Below the pieces are notes generated by a model, which worked only from the letters and a program-made list of their open reading frames with translations, searched no databases and was not told the origin of the DNA. The position numbers were made by a program, and so were the translations under genes. DNA of 64,000 bases from Alphaproteobacteria bacterium. GTDB lineage: Bacteria; Pseudomonadota; Alphaproteobacteria; MPNO01. The DNA is taken from contig OY730228.1 of NCBI GenBank assembly GCA_963422565.1, positions 37,315 to 101,314 on the forward strand. The letters are read 5' to 3'. This document shows, piece after piece, positions 10,612-20,217 of this stretch. Each line of letters opens with the position of its first letter. Within the stretch, counting starts at the first letter, position 1.

Positions 10612-11334
10612 ATGAGAGTTCTGCGTTCGCTGCTCTTCGATGGCGCCTTCTACGGCCTGACCGTGCTGTTCGGCATCGTCGCGCTGCCCGCGCTGGCGGG
10701 CCCGAGGGCGCTGTCGGTTCGCGTGGGCCGGGTATGGGCGGGGGCGGTTCTCGCCTTGTTGGCGCGGACGGTCGGGATCACCTGCAGGATACGCGGCGAG
10801 GCGCACCGCCCGCCCGGCCCCGCGATCTACGCGTTCAAGCATCAATCCGCCTGGGAGACGCTGGTGCTCGTGCGCTTGTTCGCGGACCCCGCGATCATCG
10901 TCAAACGCGAGCTGTTCGGTATTCCGATTTTCGGGTGGTTCCTGGCCCGTCAGGGCATGATCCCGATCGATCGGCGCACCGGGGCGGCGGCGGTGCGCCG
11001 GACATGCGTCGCTGCGCGGGAACGGCTCGCCGACGGGCGCGACATCGTCGTTTTCCCCGAGGGAACGCGGACGCGGCCCGGCGCGGCCGGGCGCTACCGG
11101 CCGGGCGTCGCCGCGCTCTATCGCGACCTGTCGGTTCCGGTGGTACCAGTGGCCCTCGATTCTGGCCTCTACTGGCCGCGGCGTTCGTTCGTGAAGCGTC
11201 CGGGCTGCATCACCCTCGCGTTCCTGCCGCCGATCGCGCCCGGCCTCCCTGTCCGCGACTTCCTGCGGCGTCTCGAAGAGCGGATCGAGTCGGAGACCGC
11301 CAGGCTCCTCGAGGCCGAACCGGGTCCCGGCTGA
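10612..11334 (+). CDS. plsC: 1-acyl-sn-glycerol-3-phosphate acyltransferase family
   Basis: KHQSAWET (HxxxxD/E), PIDR, FPEGTR motifs. Confidence 0.9.
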   Translation: MRVLRSLLFDGAFYGLTVLFGIVALPALAGPRALSVRVGRVWAGAVLALLARTVGITCRIRGEAHRPPGPAIYAFKHQSAWETLVLVRLFADPAIIVKRELFGIPIFGWFLARQGMIPIDRRTGAAAVRRTCVAARERLADGRDIVVFPEGTRTRPGAAGRYRPGVAALYRDLSVPVVPVALDSGLYWPRRSFVKRPGCITLAFLPPIAPGLPVRDFLRRLEERIESETARLLEAEPGPG

Positions 11335-11349
11335 GGCCTCCGCCGAGCG

Positions 11350-12576
11350 CTACTCGGCCGCCTCGCGCATCGCGTAGGGGTTCTCGATCCCGAACAGCCG
11401 CGCGGCGTTCTCGCCCAGGATGTTGCGCTTCTGGCGTTCGCCCAGGAACGGGAGGTCCCAGATCACCGACGGCCCGTCGAAGTCCCAATGCGGCCAGTCC
11501 GAGCACCAAAGGAGCTGGGTGTCCGCATTGATCGCTTCCAACGTGGCTTCGAGAAGTTTCGGATGATGCGCCTCGAGAGGCTGGCTCGAGAAATACATGT
11601 CGGTGATGTACTCGCTCGGCCGCCGCTTCAGCAGCGGCGCCTCGGAGGACCGCATCATGTATTCCGCATCCAGGCGCTGCATCAGATAGGGCAGCCAGGC
11701 GAGCCCGCTCTCGATCCAGAGCACATCGAGGTTCGGGAACCGCTCCGGCAGGCCGTTTATCACCCAGTTCGTCATGTGGACGAGGTTGCAATGCACGAAG
11801 CTCAGCGCGTGCATGGAGAGGAACTTGTTGAGCTGCGCCATCGAGCCGTCGCTCCAGTTGAAGCCGGCATGGAAGGCGAGGGGCTGGTTGCGCTCCTCGA
11901 GCGCCCGATAGAGCGGCATGTAGGCGTTGTGATGGACCGGCCTGAAGCGCGTGCTGGTCACGGTGAAGCCCATGACGCCGGGCTTGCCGGCGAACTCCTC
12001 GACGAAGCGCGGGCACCGCTCGGGCGTGTTGAAGGGCAGATACAGCAAGCCCTTCATGCGCGGCTCCTCCGGCAGCACTTCCTCGGTCAGCCAGCGGTTG
12101 AACGCCCAGGCGAGCTCCACCTCCACCTCCGCTTGCGGGTGGGTTCCGAGCAGCAGCATCGGTGTCGGGAAGACCACCATGTAGTCGATGCCCATCGCGT
12201 CCATGGCCCGGCGGGTGAGCGTCACCTGTTTGTGCACGTCGGACGGCTCGACCGCCTCCTGCTGGCTCTGCTGGTGCGGGATACGGCCGTGGACATCCTG
12301 ATAGGCCATCCCCGGCTGTGCGTTGAGAAGGCCCGGCGGCGAGCCCACGCGGTCGCGGAAGGACGCGGCCATCTGCCGATAGACGTCGCTGTCGATCCGG
12401 TCGACGATCTCTCCCCAGAACGCCGTCTCGGTGATATGGGCGTCGACATCCACGATCAGCATGTCGTCGAAGCCCTTTTTCACCGCTTCGCGGGACGCGT
12501 GCGCGAGCACGTCGCGGGTGTCGGACTTGACGGTGATTTCCGGAAGGGAGTCGCTTGTTGCGCCGTGTATCGTCAT
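11350..12576 (-). CDS. Amidohydrolase_2 family metal-dependent hydrolase/decarboxylase
   Basis: VDVDAHITE, PLAFHAG, ERFPNL.VLWIESG..W, SDWPHWD. Confidence 0.88.
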   Translation of the reverse strand: MTIHGATSDSLPEITVKSDTRDVLAHASREAVKKGFDDMLIVDVDAHITETAFWGEIVDRIDSDVYRQMAASFRDRVGSPPGLLNAQPGMAYQDVHGRIPHQQSQQEAVEPSDVHKQVTLTRRAMDAMGIDYMVVFPTPMLLLGTHPQAEVEVELAWAFNRWLTEEVLPEEPRMKGLLYLPFNTPERCPRFVEEFAGKPGVMGFTVTSTRFRPVHHNAYMPLYRALEERNQPLAFHAGFNWSDGSMAQLNKFLSMHALSFVHCNLVHMTNWVINGLPERFPNLDVLWIESGLAWLPYLMQRLDAEYMMRSSEAPLLKRRPSEYITDMYFSSQPLEAHHPKLLEATLEAINADTQLLWCSDWPHWDFDGPSVIWDLPFLGERQKRNILGENAARLFGIENPYAMREAAE

Positions 12577-12657
12577 GAGCCATGGCCTCCGAGCGTCGTC
12601 TCGCCGATCGAACTATATCGGTAACGGCGTTACCGGGCCAGCACTGCCCGGACGCCG

Positions 12658-15600
12658 CTATTCCGCCGCCGCATGGGCCGCGCGCAGCGTGCGCCGCCGC
12701 TCGATAAGGCCCACGGTGATCGACATCATCGGCGGCACCACCGCCATCGTGAGAACGGCGGACAGAGACAGCCCGCCGACCACGACCGAGCCCAGACCCC
12801 GGTACAGCTCGGAGCCGGCGCCGGGGAACACCACCAGCGGGAGCATCCCGAAGACCGAGGTCAGCGTCGACATGAAAATCGGACGGACCCGGTTGTCGGT
12901 CGCGCGTTCGATGGCGGCGCCGGGCTCCATCCCCTCGTCGCGGATATGGTGCAACGTCTGATGGACGAGCAGGATCGCGTTGTTGACCACGATCCCGACC
13001 AGGATGACGAAGCCCAGCATCGTCAGCATGTCGAGCGGCTGGTTGACGTAGATGTTCAGGAGCGACAGCCCGGCGAGCCCGCCGGCGGCGGCGATCGGCA
13101 CCGACAGCATCACCACGAGCGGGTAGACGAAGCTCTCGAACAGGATCGCCATCACCAGATAGACGATGATGACGGCCAGGATCAGGTCCAGCACGATCTC
13201 GTTCCAAGTCACGGTCAGCTTGTCGGCCGAACCGGACATCCGGATGCGAACGCCGTCCGGAAGGCCCGCGCGCTCCAACGGCGCGATCACGTCTTCGCGA
13301 ATCTTCTCCATCGCGGCCTCGAGCGGCAGGGTCGCCGCCGGAGAGACCGACATCGTCACCGTCCTGACCCGATCTATGCGGCGGATCTGGGTCGGGCCGG
13401 CGGTCACCTCCACCTCGGACAGGCTGCGCACCGGGACGATGCGTCCGTCGCGCGTCACGACCGGGAGAGTAGAGATCGCCTGCGTCGTTTCGGTGTCGCG
13501 CGGCGGCCCCTTCAGCGTCAGGTCGACGCGTCGGCCGTCGACATTGATCTCGGCGATACGGATCCCGTCGTTGAACGCGTCGACCGATTGGCCGAGCTCG
13601 CGCGCCGACAGCCCGTTATCGGCGAGCTTGATGCGATCGGGCACGACGCGGACCTCCGGCTCGCCCAGCGTCAACGAAGGCCGGGGCCGGGTCCGGTGTC
13701 CCTCCGGCGGCGGCAGCGCGCCCATGGTCCTGAAGAACACCTGGCGGCCGACATCGAAGAGGGTCGGCAGGTCGGGGCCGGTAATGTCGATGTCGATCGA
13801 CCGGCCGCTGCCGATGGAGCGGCCGAACAGCGACGGTTGAAAGACGAAGCCGAATGTGCCGGGCTCGCTCCGCACCGGATCCTGGAGGATCGGGATCAGC
13901 TCGGCGGCGCGCTGTTCGTCGACATGACGTCCGGCGATGAAGGCGCGGCCGCGCAGGGCCACATAGAAGAACCGGTCGATGATCTTCTCGGCTTCGGGAT
14001 GGTCGGGCGGGTGGGCGTCGCCCGCCTCGGCGATCGCCGCGTCGGACCAGTGCTTGCGGGTCGCGTCCGCGACGTTGCGGGCGATCCTCTCCGTGGTGTC
14101 CAGGTTGTAGCCCGCGGGCGGGAGCACGAAGCCGATCACGAAGTTGCGGTTGCCGACGGGAAGATAGTCGAGCTTGGGAAGGAACGCGGCGGCGAACGTC
14201 CCGGCGGCGGCGGTGATCGCGGCGACGACGGCGAGGGCGAGCGCCTTGCGGCGCACGACCAGCCGGGCGAAGCCGCGCCAGAACCCGGCGAACGCGCGGG
14301 CGAACGGGTCGATCACCGGCAGGCGCCGCATCTGGCCAGCTTCGCTTATACCCCGGCCGAGGACGCGGTTGGAGAGGGCCGGTATCAGCGTTGCCGAGAC
14401 GATGAGCGACAGCGTGACCGAGACCGAAATCGCCACCGCGATGTCTCGGAACAGCTGGCCCACCTCGAGCTCCATGATCAGGATCGGGATGAACACCATG
14501 ACGGTGGTCAACGCCGAGACGAGCACCGCGGGCCACACCTGGGCGGTGCCCTCGAGCGCCGCCCGGTGCCGCGGCAATCCTTCCTGGCGGAGGCGGTAGA
14601 TGTTTTCCAGCACGACGATGGCCGCATCCACCACCATGCCCACGGCGAAGGCGATGCCGGCCAGGCTGATCACGTTGATCGAGCGGCCGAGCAGCGCCAT
14701 GGCGACGAAGGAGCCCACTACCGAGACCGGAATCGCGACCCCGATCACCACCGTCGGCCGCCAGGAGCGCAGGAACAGCAGCAGCACGATCACGGCGAGG
14801 CAGCCGCCGAGATAGATGTTCTGCATCACCAGATCGATCGACGAATTGATGTACTCGGTCTCGTCGTAGACCTGTTGGACGATCAGGCCCTGGCGGGCGA
14901 TCGGGCCTTCGCGCATTTCGTTTACGGCCTGGCGGACCAGCTCCATCGTCTCGATGACGTTGGCGCCCTGCTCGCGGGTGAGGTTGAGCGCGAGCGCCCG
15001 GACTCCGTTGGAAGTGAGTCTGGCGCGGATCTCCTTGTAGGCGAACGCGACATTGGCAATGTCTCCCACGGTCACGCGGCCCAGTCGGTTCCCCGTGGAG
15101 TCGCTGCGGAGCACGACGGCGCGCACCTGGTCGGGAGTCGTGAGATCGCCCTCGGTGCGGACGACATAGCGCCGCTTGCCCTCGGAGACGTCGCCGCCGG
15201 TGATCGAGGCGTTGGCCGCCCTCAGCCGCGCGACCACCTCGCCCACGGTCATCCGGTAGCGCGCCAGCCGCGCCGGATCGATCAGGACCTGCATCTCGCG
15301 CTCGGTCTCGCCGAAGATGTTGACACCGGCGACGCCCGGAATCCGCTCGAACCGCTCCTGGACGACATCGCGCAGGAAGTCGCCGTAGGTGATCATGTCC
15401 CGCTGGTTTCCCATTTCGCGCGTGAACACGAACCAGGCGATCGCATTGTCCTCGGTGCCCGAGGTTCCGAGGGTCGGCTCCTCGGCTTCCTCCGGGTAGC
15501 CGGTGACGCGGTCGAGCCGGTTGGCGACCAGCAGAAGCGCGCGGTCGAAATTGACTCCCGGCGAGAACTCCAGGGTGATCTTGCCCTGGCCGTGGCTGGC

Positions 15601-15849
15601 CTCGCTCAACATGCGGTTGACGCCTTCGAGGCCCTTGAGCTCGTCCTCCTGTGCGGTGAGGATCTCGCGTTCGACCTCGGCCGGCGCCGCACCGCGCCAG
15701 GCCGTCGTCACGATGATCACCGGCTGGCGGACGTCGGGCGCCATCTGGATCGGGATCCGCTGCAGCGCGACATAGCCGAACAGGAGGATCATCAGCACCA
15801 GGGCGACGACCGCCATGGGTCGCTCGATCGAGAGGCGGATCGGATTCAT
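12658..15849 (-). CDS. RND efflux transporter permease subunit (AcrB/AcrD/AcrF family)
   Basis: 1063 aa; AVGMVVDAAIVVLENIYR, GIVVNNAILLV, RVRPIFMSTLTSVFGMLPL. Confidence 0.95.
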   Translation of the reverse strand: MNPIRLSIERPMAVVALVLMILLFGYVALQRIPIQMAPDVRQPVIIVTTAWRGAAPAEVEREILTAQEDELKGLEGVNRMLSEASHGQGKITLEFSPGVNFDRALLLVANRLDRVTGYPEEAEEPTLGTSGTEDNAIAWFVFTREMGNQRDMITYGDFLRDVVQERFERIPGVAGVNIFGETEREMQVLIDPARLARYRMTVGEVVARLRAANASITGGDVSEGKRRYVVRTEGDLTTPDQVRAVVLRSDSTGNRLGRVTVGDIANVAFAYKEIRARLTSNGVRALALNLTREQGANVIETMELVRQAVNEMREGPIARQGLIVQQVYDETEYINSSIDLVMQNIYLGGCLAVIVLLLFLRSWRPTVVIGVAIPVSVVGSFVAMALLGRSINVISLAGIAFAVGMVVDAAIVVLENIYRLRQEGLPRHRAALEGTAQVWPAVLVSALTTVMVFIPILIMELEVGQLFRDIAVAISVSVTLSLIVSATLIPALSNRVLGRGISEAGQMRRLPVIDPFARAFAGFWRGFARLVVRRKALALAVVAAITAAAGTFAAAFLPKLDYLPVGNRNFVIGFVLPPAGYNLDTTERIARNVADATRKHWSDAAIAEAGDAHPPDHPEAEKIIDRFFYVALRGRAFIAGRHVDEQRAAELIPILQDPVRSEPGTFGFVFQPSLFGRSIGSGRSIDIDITGPDLPTLFDVGRQVFFRTMGALPPPEGHRTRPRPSLTLGEPEVRVVPDRIKLADNGLSARELGQSVDAFNDGIRIAEINVDGRRVDLTLKGPPRDTETTQAISTLPVVTRDGRIVPVRSLSEVEVTAGPTQIRRIDRVRTVTMSVSPAATLPLEAAMEKIREDVIAPLERAGLPDGVRIRMSGSADKLTVTWNEIVLDLILAVIIVYLVMAILFESFVYPLVVMLSVPIAAAGGLAGLSLLNIYVNQPLDMLTMLGFVILVGIVVNNAILLVHQTLHHIRDEGMEPGAAIERATDNRVRPIFMSTLTSVFGMLPLVVFPGAGSELYRGLGSVVVGGLSLSAVLTMAVVPPMMSITVGLIERRRTLRAAHAAAE

Positions 15850-15874
15850 CCCGGCGACCTCGCTCCGTCCATCG

Positions 15875-17422
15875 TCAGCCCCCCGCGCCCTTCGGCGCGC
15901 CGGTCACGCGCACGGGGCCTCCCATGCCCAAGGTCTCGTTTCCGTGCACCACGAGGTTCTGGCCGGGTGCCACGCCGTCTTGGACCACGAACCGGGGGCC
16001 GATGCCGTCGCCAAGCCGAACCTCGACCCGCCGCGCCAAGCCGCCCTCGACGACATAGACGACCGTGTCCGAGCCGCTGCGAACGACCGCGTCCTTGTGC
16101 ACCGTCGCGACCATGCGGCCCGCGGCCACGGGGACCAGCAGCGTCACCGACTGATCGTCCGCCAGCGCCTGCTCCGTTCCGTCGAAGCGCGGCGCGAACC
16201 GGACGGTACGGGTACGGGTTCGCGCGTTCTCGCGGGGGATTACCGCCCGGACGACGGCCCGGTGGCCGGTGCCGTCGTCGAGCCTCATCTCCACTTCGGT
16301 GCCGGGTCCGAGCGTCGACAGCCGGTCGGAGGGAATTTCGGCCTCGGCCTCGAGCTCGGTATCGTTGAGCAGGCTGACCACGCGCGCACCGAGCCCGAGA
16401 TAGGCGCCGATCTCCGTATGCTTTTCGATAACCACGCCCGGGAACGGCGCCTTGACTTGGGTGTCGGCGAGATCGATCTCCGCCTGCCGCAGCATCGCCC
16501 GTGCCTCGTCGAGCTGGGCGCGCCGCTCGTCGAGCGTTCCCTTGCGCGACCGCACGTCCTGCTCGAGGTCCTCGTAGCGCGCGCGGGAGAAGGCGGCGGA
16601 CCTGCGCAATCGATCGAGGCGGTTCAGTTCCCGGCGCTTCTTCTCGTACTCCGCATTCGCGGCGGAGACCATGGCCGTCATCCGCTCGACCACCGCGGCT
16701 TGGCGGTCGCGCGCGGTGGCGAGCCGCTGCCGTGCGACGACGGCGAGGACCGCGCCCCGCGCGACCCGGTCGCCGACCTCGACTCGCATCTCCTCCACCA
16801 CGCCCCGGACTTCGGACGAGATGATCCCGTTCTGACGCGCGACCAGACGTCCGATCACGGGGACGGTCCGCTTCATCCGTTCGGTGATCACCGCATCCAG
16901 CCGGACCGTCGCCGGCGGCCGCCCGCCGCCGCCTCCAGGACGGGCGCCTCCGCCCTGGAAGAACGTGCGGATTTCACCCCCGTCGAGCGTGCCGCTCCCG
17001 TCCTTGTCGATCTTGTCGAAATTGGCGGCGAGCGGGCCGCCGGCCTCGTTGCGATCGAGGACGCCGTCGCCGTCGGCGTCGGCCATGCGCGCCCGGTCCG
17101 AGAGTGGAGGGGGGGAGGCGGGCGCGGTCCGGCCCTCCGCTTGGGCCGGGGTGGCGGCGGCCGTCTCCGGACAGCCGCCGTCCCGGAAGAACCAGCGGAT
17201 CTCCGCGCCGTCGAGGGTTTCGGACTTGTCGCAATCCATCTGATCGAAATTGTCGGCGAGCGGCCCGCGCGCCTCGTCCCGGTCGATGACGCCGTTCGCG
17301 TCGGTATCCAGCCCCTTGGCGCGATCCGACAACGTTCTGTCCTGGGCGGCCGCGGCGACCGAGGCGAACAGCAGAGCGGCGATCCCCCACGAGATCGGGG
17401 CCCGAGTCCAAGACGGCTTCAT
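15875..17422 (-). CDS. RND periplasmic adaptor (MFP) with N-terminal four-EF-hand extension
   Basis: Signal peptide (..ASVAAAA/QD); loops DTDANGVIDRDE, DCDKSETLDGAE, DADGDGVLDRNE, DKDGSGTLDGGE; then MFP core (ISSEVRGVVEEMRVEVGDRV, coiled hairpin, VKAPFPGVV, TRT.TVR); 25-nt gap to the RND gene. Confidence 0.9.
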   Translation of the reverse strand: MKPSWTRAPISWGIAALLFASVAAAAQDRTLSDRAKGLDTDANGVIDRDEARGPLADNFDQMDCDKSETLDGAEIRWFFRDGGCPETAAATPAQAEGRTAPASPPPLSDRARMADADGDGVLDRNEAGGPLAANFDKIDKDGSGTLDGGEIRTFFQGGGARPGGGGGRPPATVRLDAVITERMKRTVPVIGRLVARQNGIISSEVRGVVEEMRVEVGDRVARGAVLAVVARQRLATARDRQAAVVERMTAMVSAANAEYEKKRRELNRLDRLRRSAAFSRARYEDLEQDVRSRKGTLDERRAQLDEARAMLRQAEIDLADTQVKAPFPGVVIEKHTEIGAYLGLGARVVSLLNDTELEAEAEIPSDRLSTLGPGTEVEMRLDDGTGHRAVVRAVIPRENARTRTRTVRFAPRFDGTEQALADDQSVTLLVPVAAGRMVATVHKDAVVRSGSDTVVYVVEGGLARRVEVRLGDGIGPRFVVQDGVAPGQNLVVHGNETLGMGGPVRVTGAPKGAGG

Positions 17423-17625
17423 ATCAACCTGCTTTCCCGGTCGCCGCTCCGATGCCGCCCCGGTCGCACGGGAACCCGAGCCATGGGGCGTTCTCCGTCC
17501 GGCCGCATCGGCCGCGCCGCGCCTCCGACAAACGGGACGCACGACCGAGTATCCCGCAACTTCACGACTCGGGAGGCCGGAATCCGTCGCCGCCCCCTGC
17601 GTGGAAACGAGTCCGGGCTTCGGAG

Positions 17626-18750
17626 CTAATTCTTGCGCTCGAGAACATGAAATCCGCGGACGCGGTCGAGGAGATATATCAGCCCCCGCGAATCTGTGGT
17701 CACGTCGTTGGCGCAGACCCGGTCGGACCCCGGCGGCGGGTCCGGCAGGAAATGCGCGGTCTCCTTCGGGGCGTGCGGGTCCGCGATGTCGATGAGGCGC
17801 AGCCCCTGAGCGAACCAGGCGAACGGAATCTCGGTGCCGGTGACGATTTCGCTGGGCTGATGGCAGCCGGTCATCGGTATCTGGGGGGCGCCGTCGGGAT
17901 CGATCCCGTCGACCTGGAAGGTCGAGATCGGTATGGGCCGGGTCTCGTCGGTCACGTCGAAGACCCACATCAGGGCTGGAGGGCTCGGGCGGAGCTTCGC
18001 GACATCCTCGTCGGCGACGATCATGATGCTCTTGTTGCGGATCCGGAAGGGAATCGGCAGCGCGGTGTGCTGCGGGTGCGCATAGGCCGGGCTGATCTCG
18101 TAGCGCGAGATCATTTCCGGCTTCGACATGTCGTCGATCCCGAGAATTATGACGCCGTGATGCCAGTAGCTGGTGAACAGCCGGTCGCCCAGCCGCAGCG
18201 GGTGGTGGCATCTGGGGGCGGGGCCGCCGCTCCAGGAATATTCCTCGCCGCCGGCTTTCCATTGGCCGGGGATCCACCAGCGCCCGACTTCCTGGGGCCG
18301 CGCTGGATCGGCGAGGTCCAGGATCATCATGATATTGCCGACATAACCCGCGACCGTCGGCGAGATATAGGCGTAGCGGCCGTCGAAATCGAAGCGATGG
18401 ACGCCGCGGCCTTCGGTTTCCCAGGTCGTGATTCGACGGGGATTGGCCGGATCCTCCACGTCGTAGATGCCGAGGCCCGGCTGGAAGCCGTCCGGCTGCG
18501 CGCCGCCGAGCCGTTCGTGGTTGACCAGCATCACGCCGTTCTGCGCCCGCACCTTGTGGGAATGGGTGTTGGGCGGCATGCCGATCCTGGAAAGGAGCCT
18601 GGGATGTTTCGGATCGGCCACGTCGTAGATCGAGGTGCCGTAGGGCGACGCCATATGACCGATATAGGCGGTCGTCCCTTCGACGCGAATCTGTCCGCCG
18701 CCGGGACAGTCGACATGGGATACCGGTTCGATTCCGTTGGCGCTCGCCAC
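17626..18750 (-). CDS. LVIVD-repeat beta-propeller protein, His-rich, no signal peptide
   Basis: Repeats IYDVADPKHP, IYDVEDPANP, ILDLADPARP, VFDVTDETRP, LIDIADPHAP. Confidence 0.85.
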   Translation of the reverse strand: MASANGIEPVSHVDCPGGGQIRVEGTTAYIGHMASPYGTSIYDVADPKHPRLLSRIGMPPNTHSHKVRAQNGVMLVNHERLGGAQPDGFQPGLGIYDVEDPANPRRITTWETEGRGVHRFDFDGRYAYISPTVAGYVGNIMMILDLADPARPQEVGRWWIPGQWKAGGEEYSWSGGPAPRCHHPLRLGDRLFTSYWHHGVIILGIDDMSKPEMISRYEISPAYAHPQHTALPIPFRIRNKSIMIVADEDVAKLRPSPPALMWVFDVTDETRPIPISTFQVDGIDPDGAPQIPMTGCHQPSEIVTGTEIPFAWFAQGLRLIDIADPHAPKETAHFLPDPPPGSDRVCANDVTTDSRGLIYLLDRVRGFHVLERKN

Positions 18751-18777
18751 CGGGCTCTCCTCTCGCTGTCGGGCGGA

Positions 18778-19803
18778 TCAGGCCGTCGTCCGCGGCCGGC
18801 GCCCCTCATGAAGGTCTCGTCCCGCGACCAGGGCGAGAATCTTGCCGTCGGCCATCGACCGCCGCAGGTTCCAGAATCCGCAATCCGGATGGACGTAGCG
18901 GATGCGGTCGGGGCCCAGCGCGTCGGCGGCGCGGGCGATCCGCCGCGCCACGATGTCGGGGGCCTCGATCTCGGTCGCTTTGACGTCGACGACCCCGATC
19001 CCCAGACCGATCTCGGGGCGGAGGTCCCGGAAGACCGCGAGCTCTTCGGCCGGGCGATGCGCCATCTCGCAGATCACGTGATCGGCATGAAGCGCGTTGA
19101 GATAGGCGAGCATCGGCGCCCACCGCGCGCCCTTCTGCGAGACCTGGCCGCCGTAATTGCCGAAACAGAGATGCACCGCCGGCGTCGTCGGGACCGCGTC
19201 GAGGACGATATTCATCACCCGCGCCGCCCATTCCGCCTCCTCGGGCGCGCCGGGAAGGTTGGCCTCGTCGATCTGGACGATATCGGCGTCGAGCCTGGCG
19301 ACCTGCTCGGCGAGCACCGACGCGATCGCCTCGGCGAGGGCAACCCGGTCCCCGTAATGGGCGTCGATCACCGTCTTGGCGAGCATATGCGGGCCGGTCA
19401 TGGCGAATTTGAACGGGCGGGAGGCGAGCGACTTGCCCCGCCGGCAGGCAGCCGCGAGGTCGAGCATTCCGGCGGTCACCGGGCCGTCGACCACCGCTGC
19501 GGGCCGGCTGCGAAACCCCATCGTCGGCTGGGCCTCGAAGGCGGCGGTCTCGGTGAACGTCATCCCGGGGCGGACGCCGCCCATCGGGTGGATGAAATAC
19601 TCGATCATCCCGTTGGTCTGGGGGTGGTCGGGATTGAAACGCCCGAACTCGCCCTCGCAGACCACGTCGATGCCGGCCGCTTCCTGGAGATGGACGAACA
19701 TCCGCGTCGCGTCGTCGACGGCTTCGGCGCTCGGCTGGGCGCGGAGCCAGTCGGGCCAAGGATAGGAGCCTACCAATGTCGTCTTGATTTCGGGCTCAGC
19801 CAT
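18778..19803 (-). CDS. Cobalamin-independent methionine synthase II (MetE C-terminal-like, single barrel) family Zn enzyme
   Basis: TTLVGSYP, IVQIDEA, VHLCFGN (HxC), GVVDVK, HPDCG Zn ligands. Confidence 0.87.
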   Translation of the reverse strand: MAEPEIKTTLVGSYPWPDWLRAQPSAEAVDDATRMFVHLQEAAGIDVVCEGEFGRFNPDHPQTNGMIEYFIHPMGGVRPGMTFTETAAFEAQPTMGFRSRPAAVVDGPVTAGMLDLAAACRRGKSLASRPFKFAMTGPHMLAKTVIDAHYGDRVALAEAIASVLAEQVARLDADIVQIDEANLPGAPEEAEWAARVMNIVLDAVPTTPAVHLCFGNYGGQVSQKGARWAPMLAYLNALHADHVICEMAHRPAEELAVFRDLRPEIGLGIGVVDVKATEIEAPDIVARRIARAADALGPDRIRYVHPDCGFWNLRRSMADGKILALVAGRDLHEGRRPRTTA

Positions 19804-19961
19804 CGCCGCTTCCCGTTACCGGAGGCGCCGACCTTGCCAGAGAAGCCGGGCGGGGCCAAGCGCGATCCGATCGCGGCAATTCCGGTTTCGGCGTTCCGGC
19901 AGGCGGCTTCCGCCGTCATCCTGGCCCGCATCGCCTCCCGTTTCTCAAAGAAAGAAGGAAG

Positions 19962-20050
19962 CCCCCATCCCCACCGTCCCCCCCAAGGGACGAGGAGCGA
20001 GAGCACGCGCGACCCCCTTCCCTCGATGGAGGAGGGGCAGGGGGAGGGGC
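19962..20050. repeat. Degenerate alphaproteobacterial palindromic (REP-like) element
   Basis: CCCCCATCCCCACCGTCCCCCCCAAGGGACGAGG ... CCCCTTCCCTCGATGGAGGAGGGGCAGGGGGAGGGG: C-rich and G-rich ends are complementary and each half carries an internal hairpin; reads PHPHRPPQGTR..PLPSMEEGQGEG, typical of this repeat family. Confidence 0.65.
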
Positions 20051-20217
20051 GGTCGTGGTCCCCGAAACGAGAACTGCCGGTCCGGGCGGGCGGCGTCGAT
20101 CCGCGATAGAGTGCGCCTCGGGAGTGACACCGGCCGAAACGGGCTCGCGATGGCGACCGAACGACTCCGCATGACCGACATGCGCGACATCTTCGCGGCC
20201 GCGGCGCAAGGCCGGTG

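Noticed and set aside
12673-16368. Very long antisense ORFs (1231 aa here; also 17452-20109, 22533-25274, 50677-52740)
   Set aside because: Shadow ORFs opposite real genes, expected in high-GC DNA; no recognisable motifs
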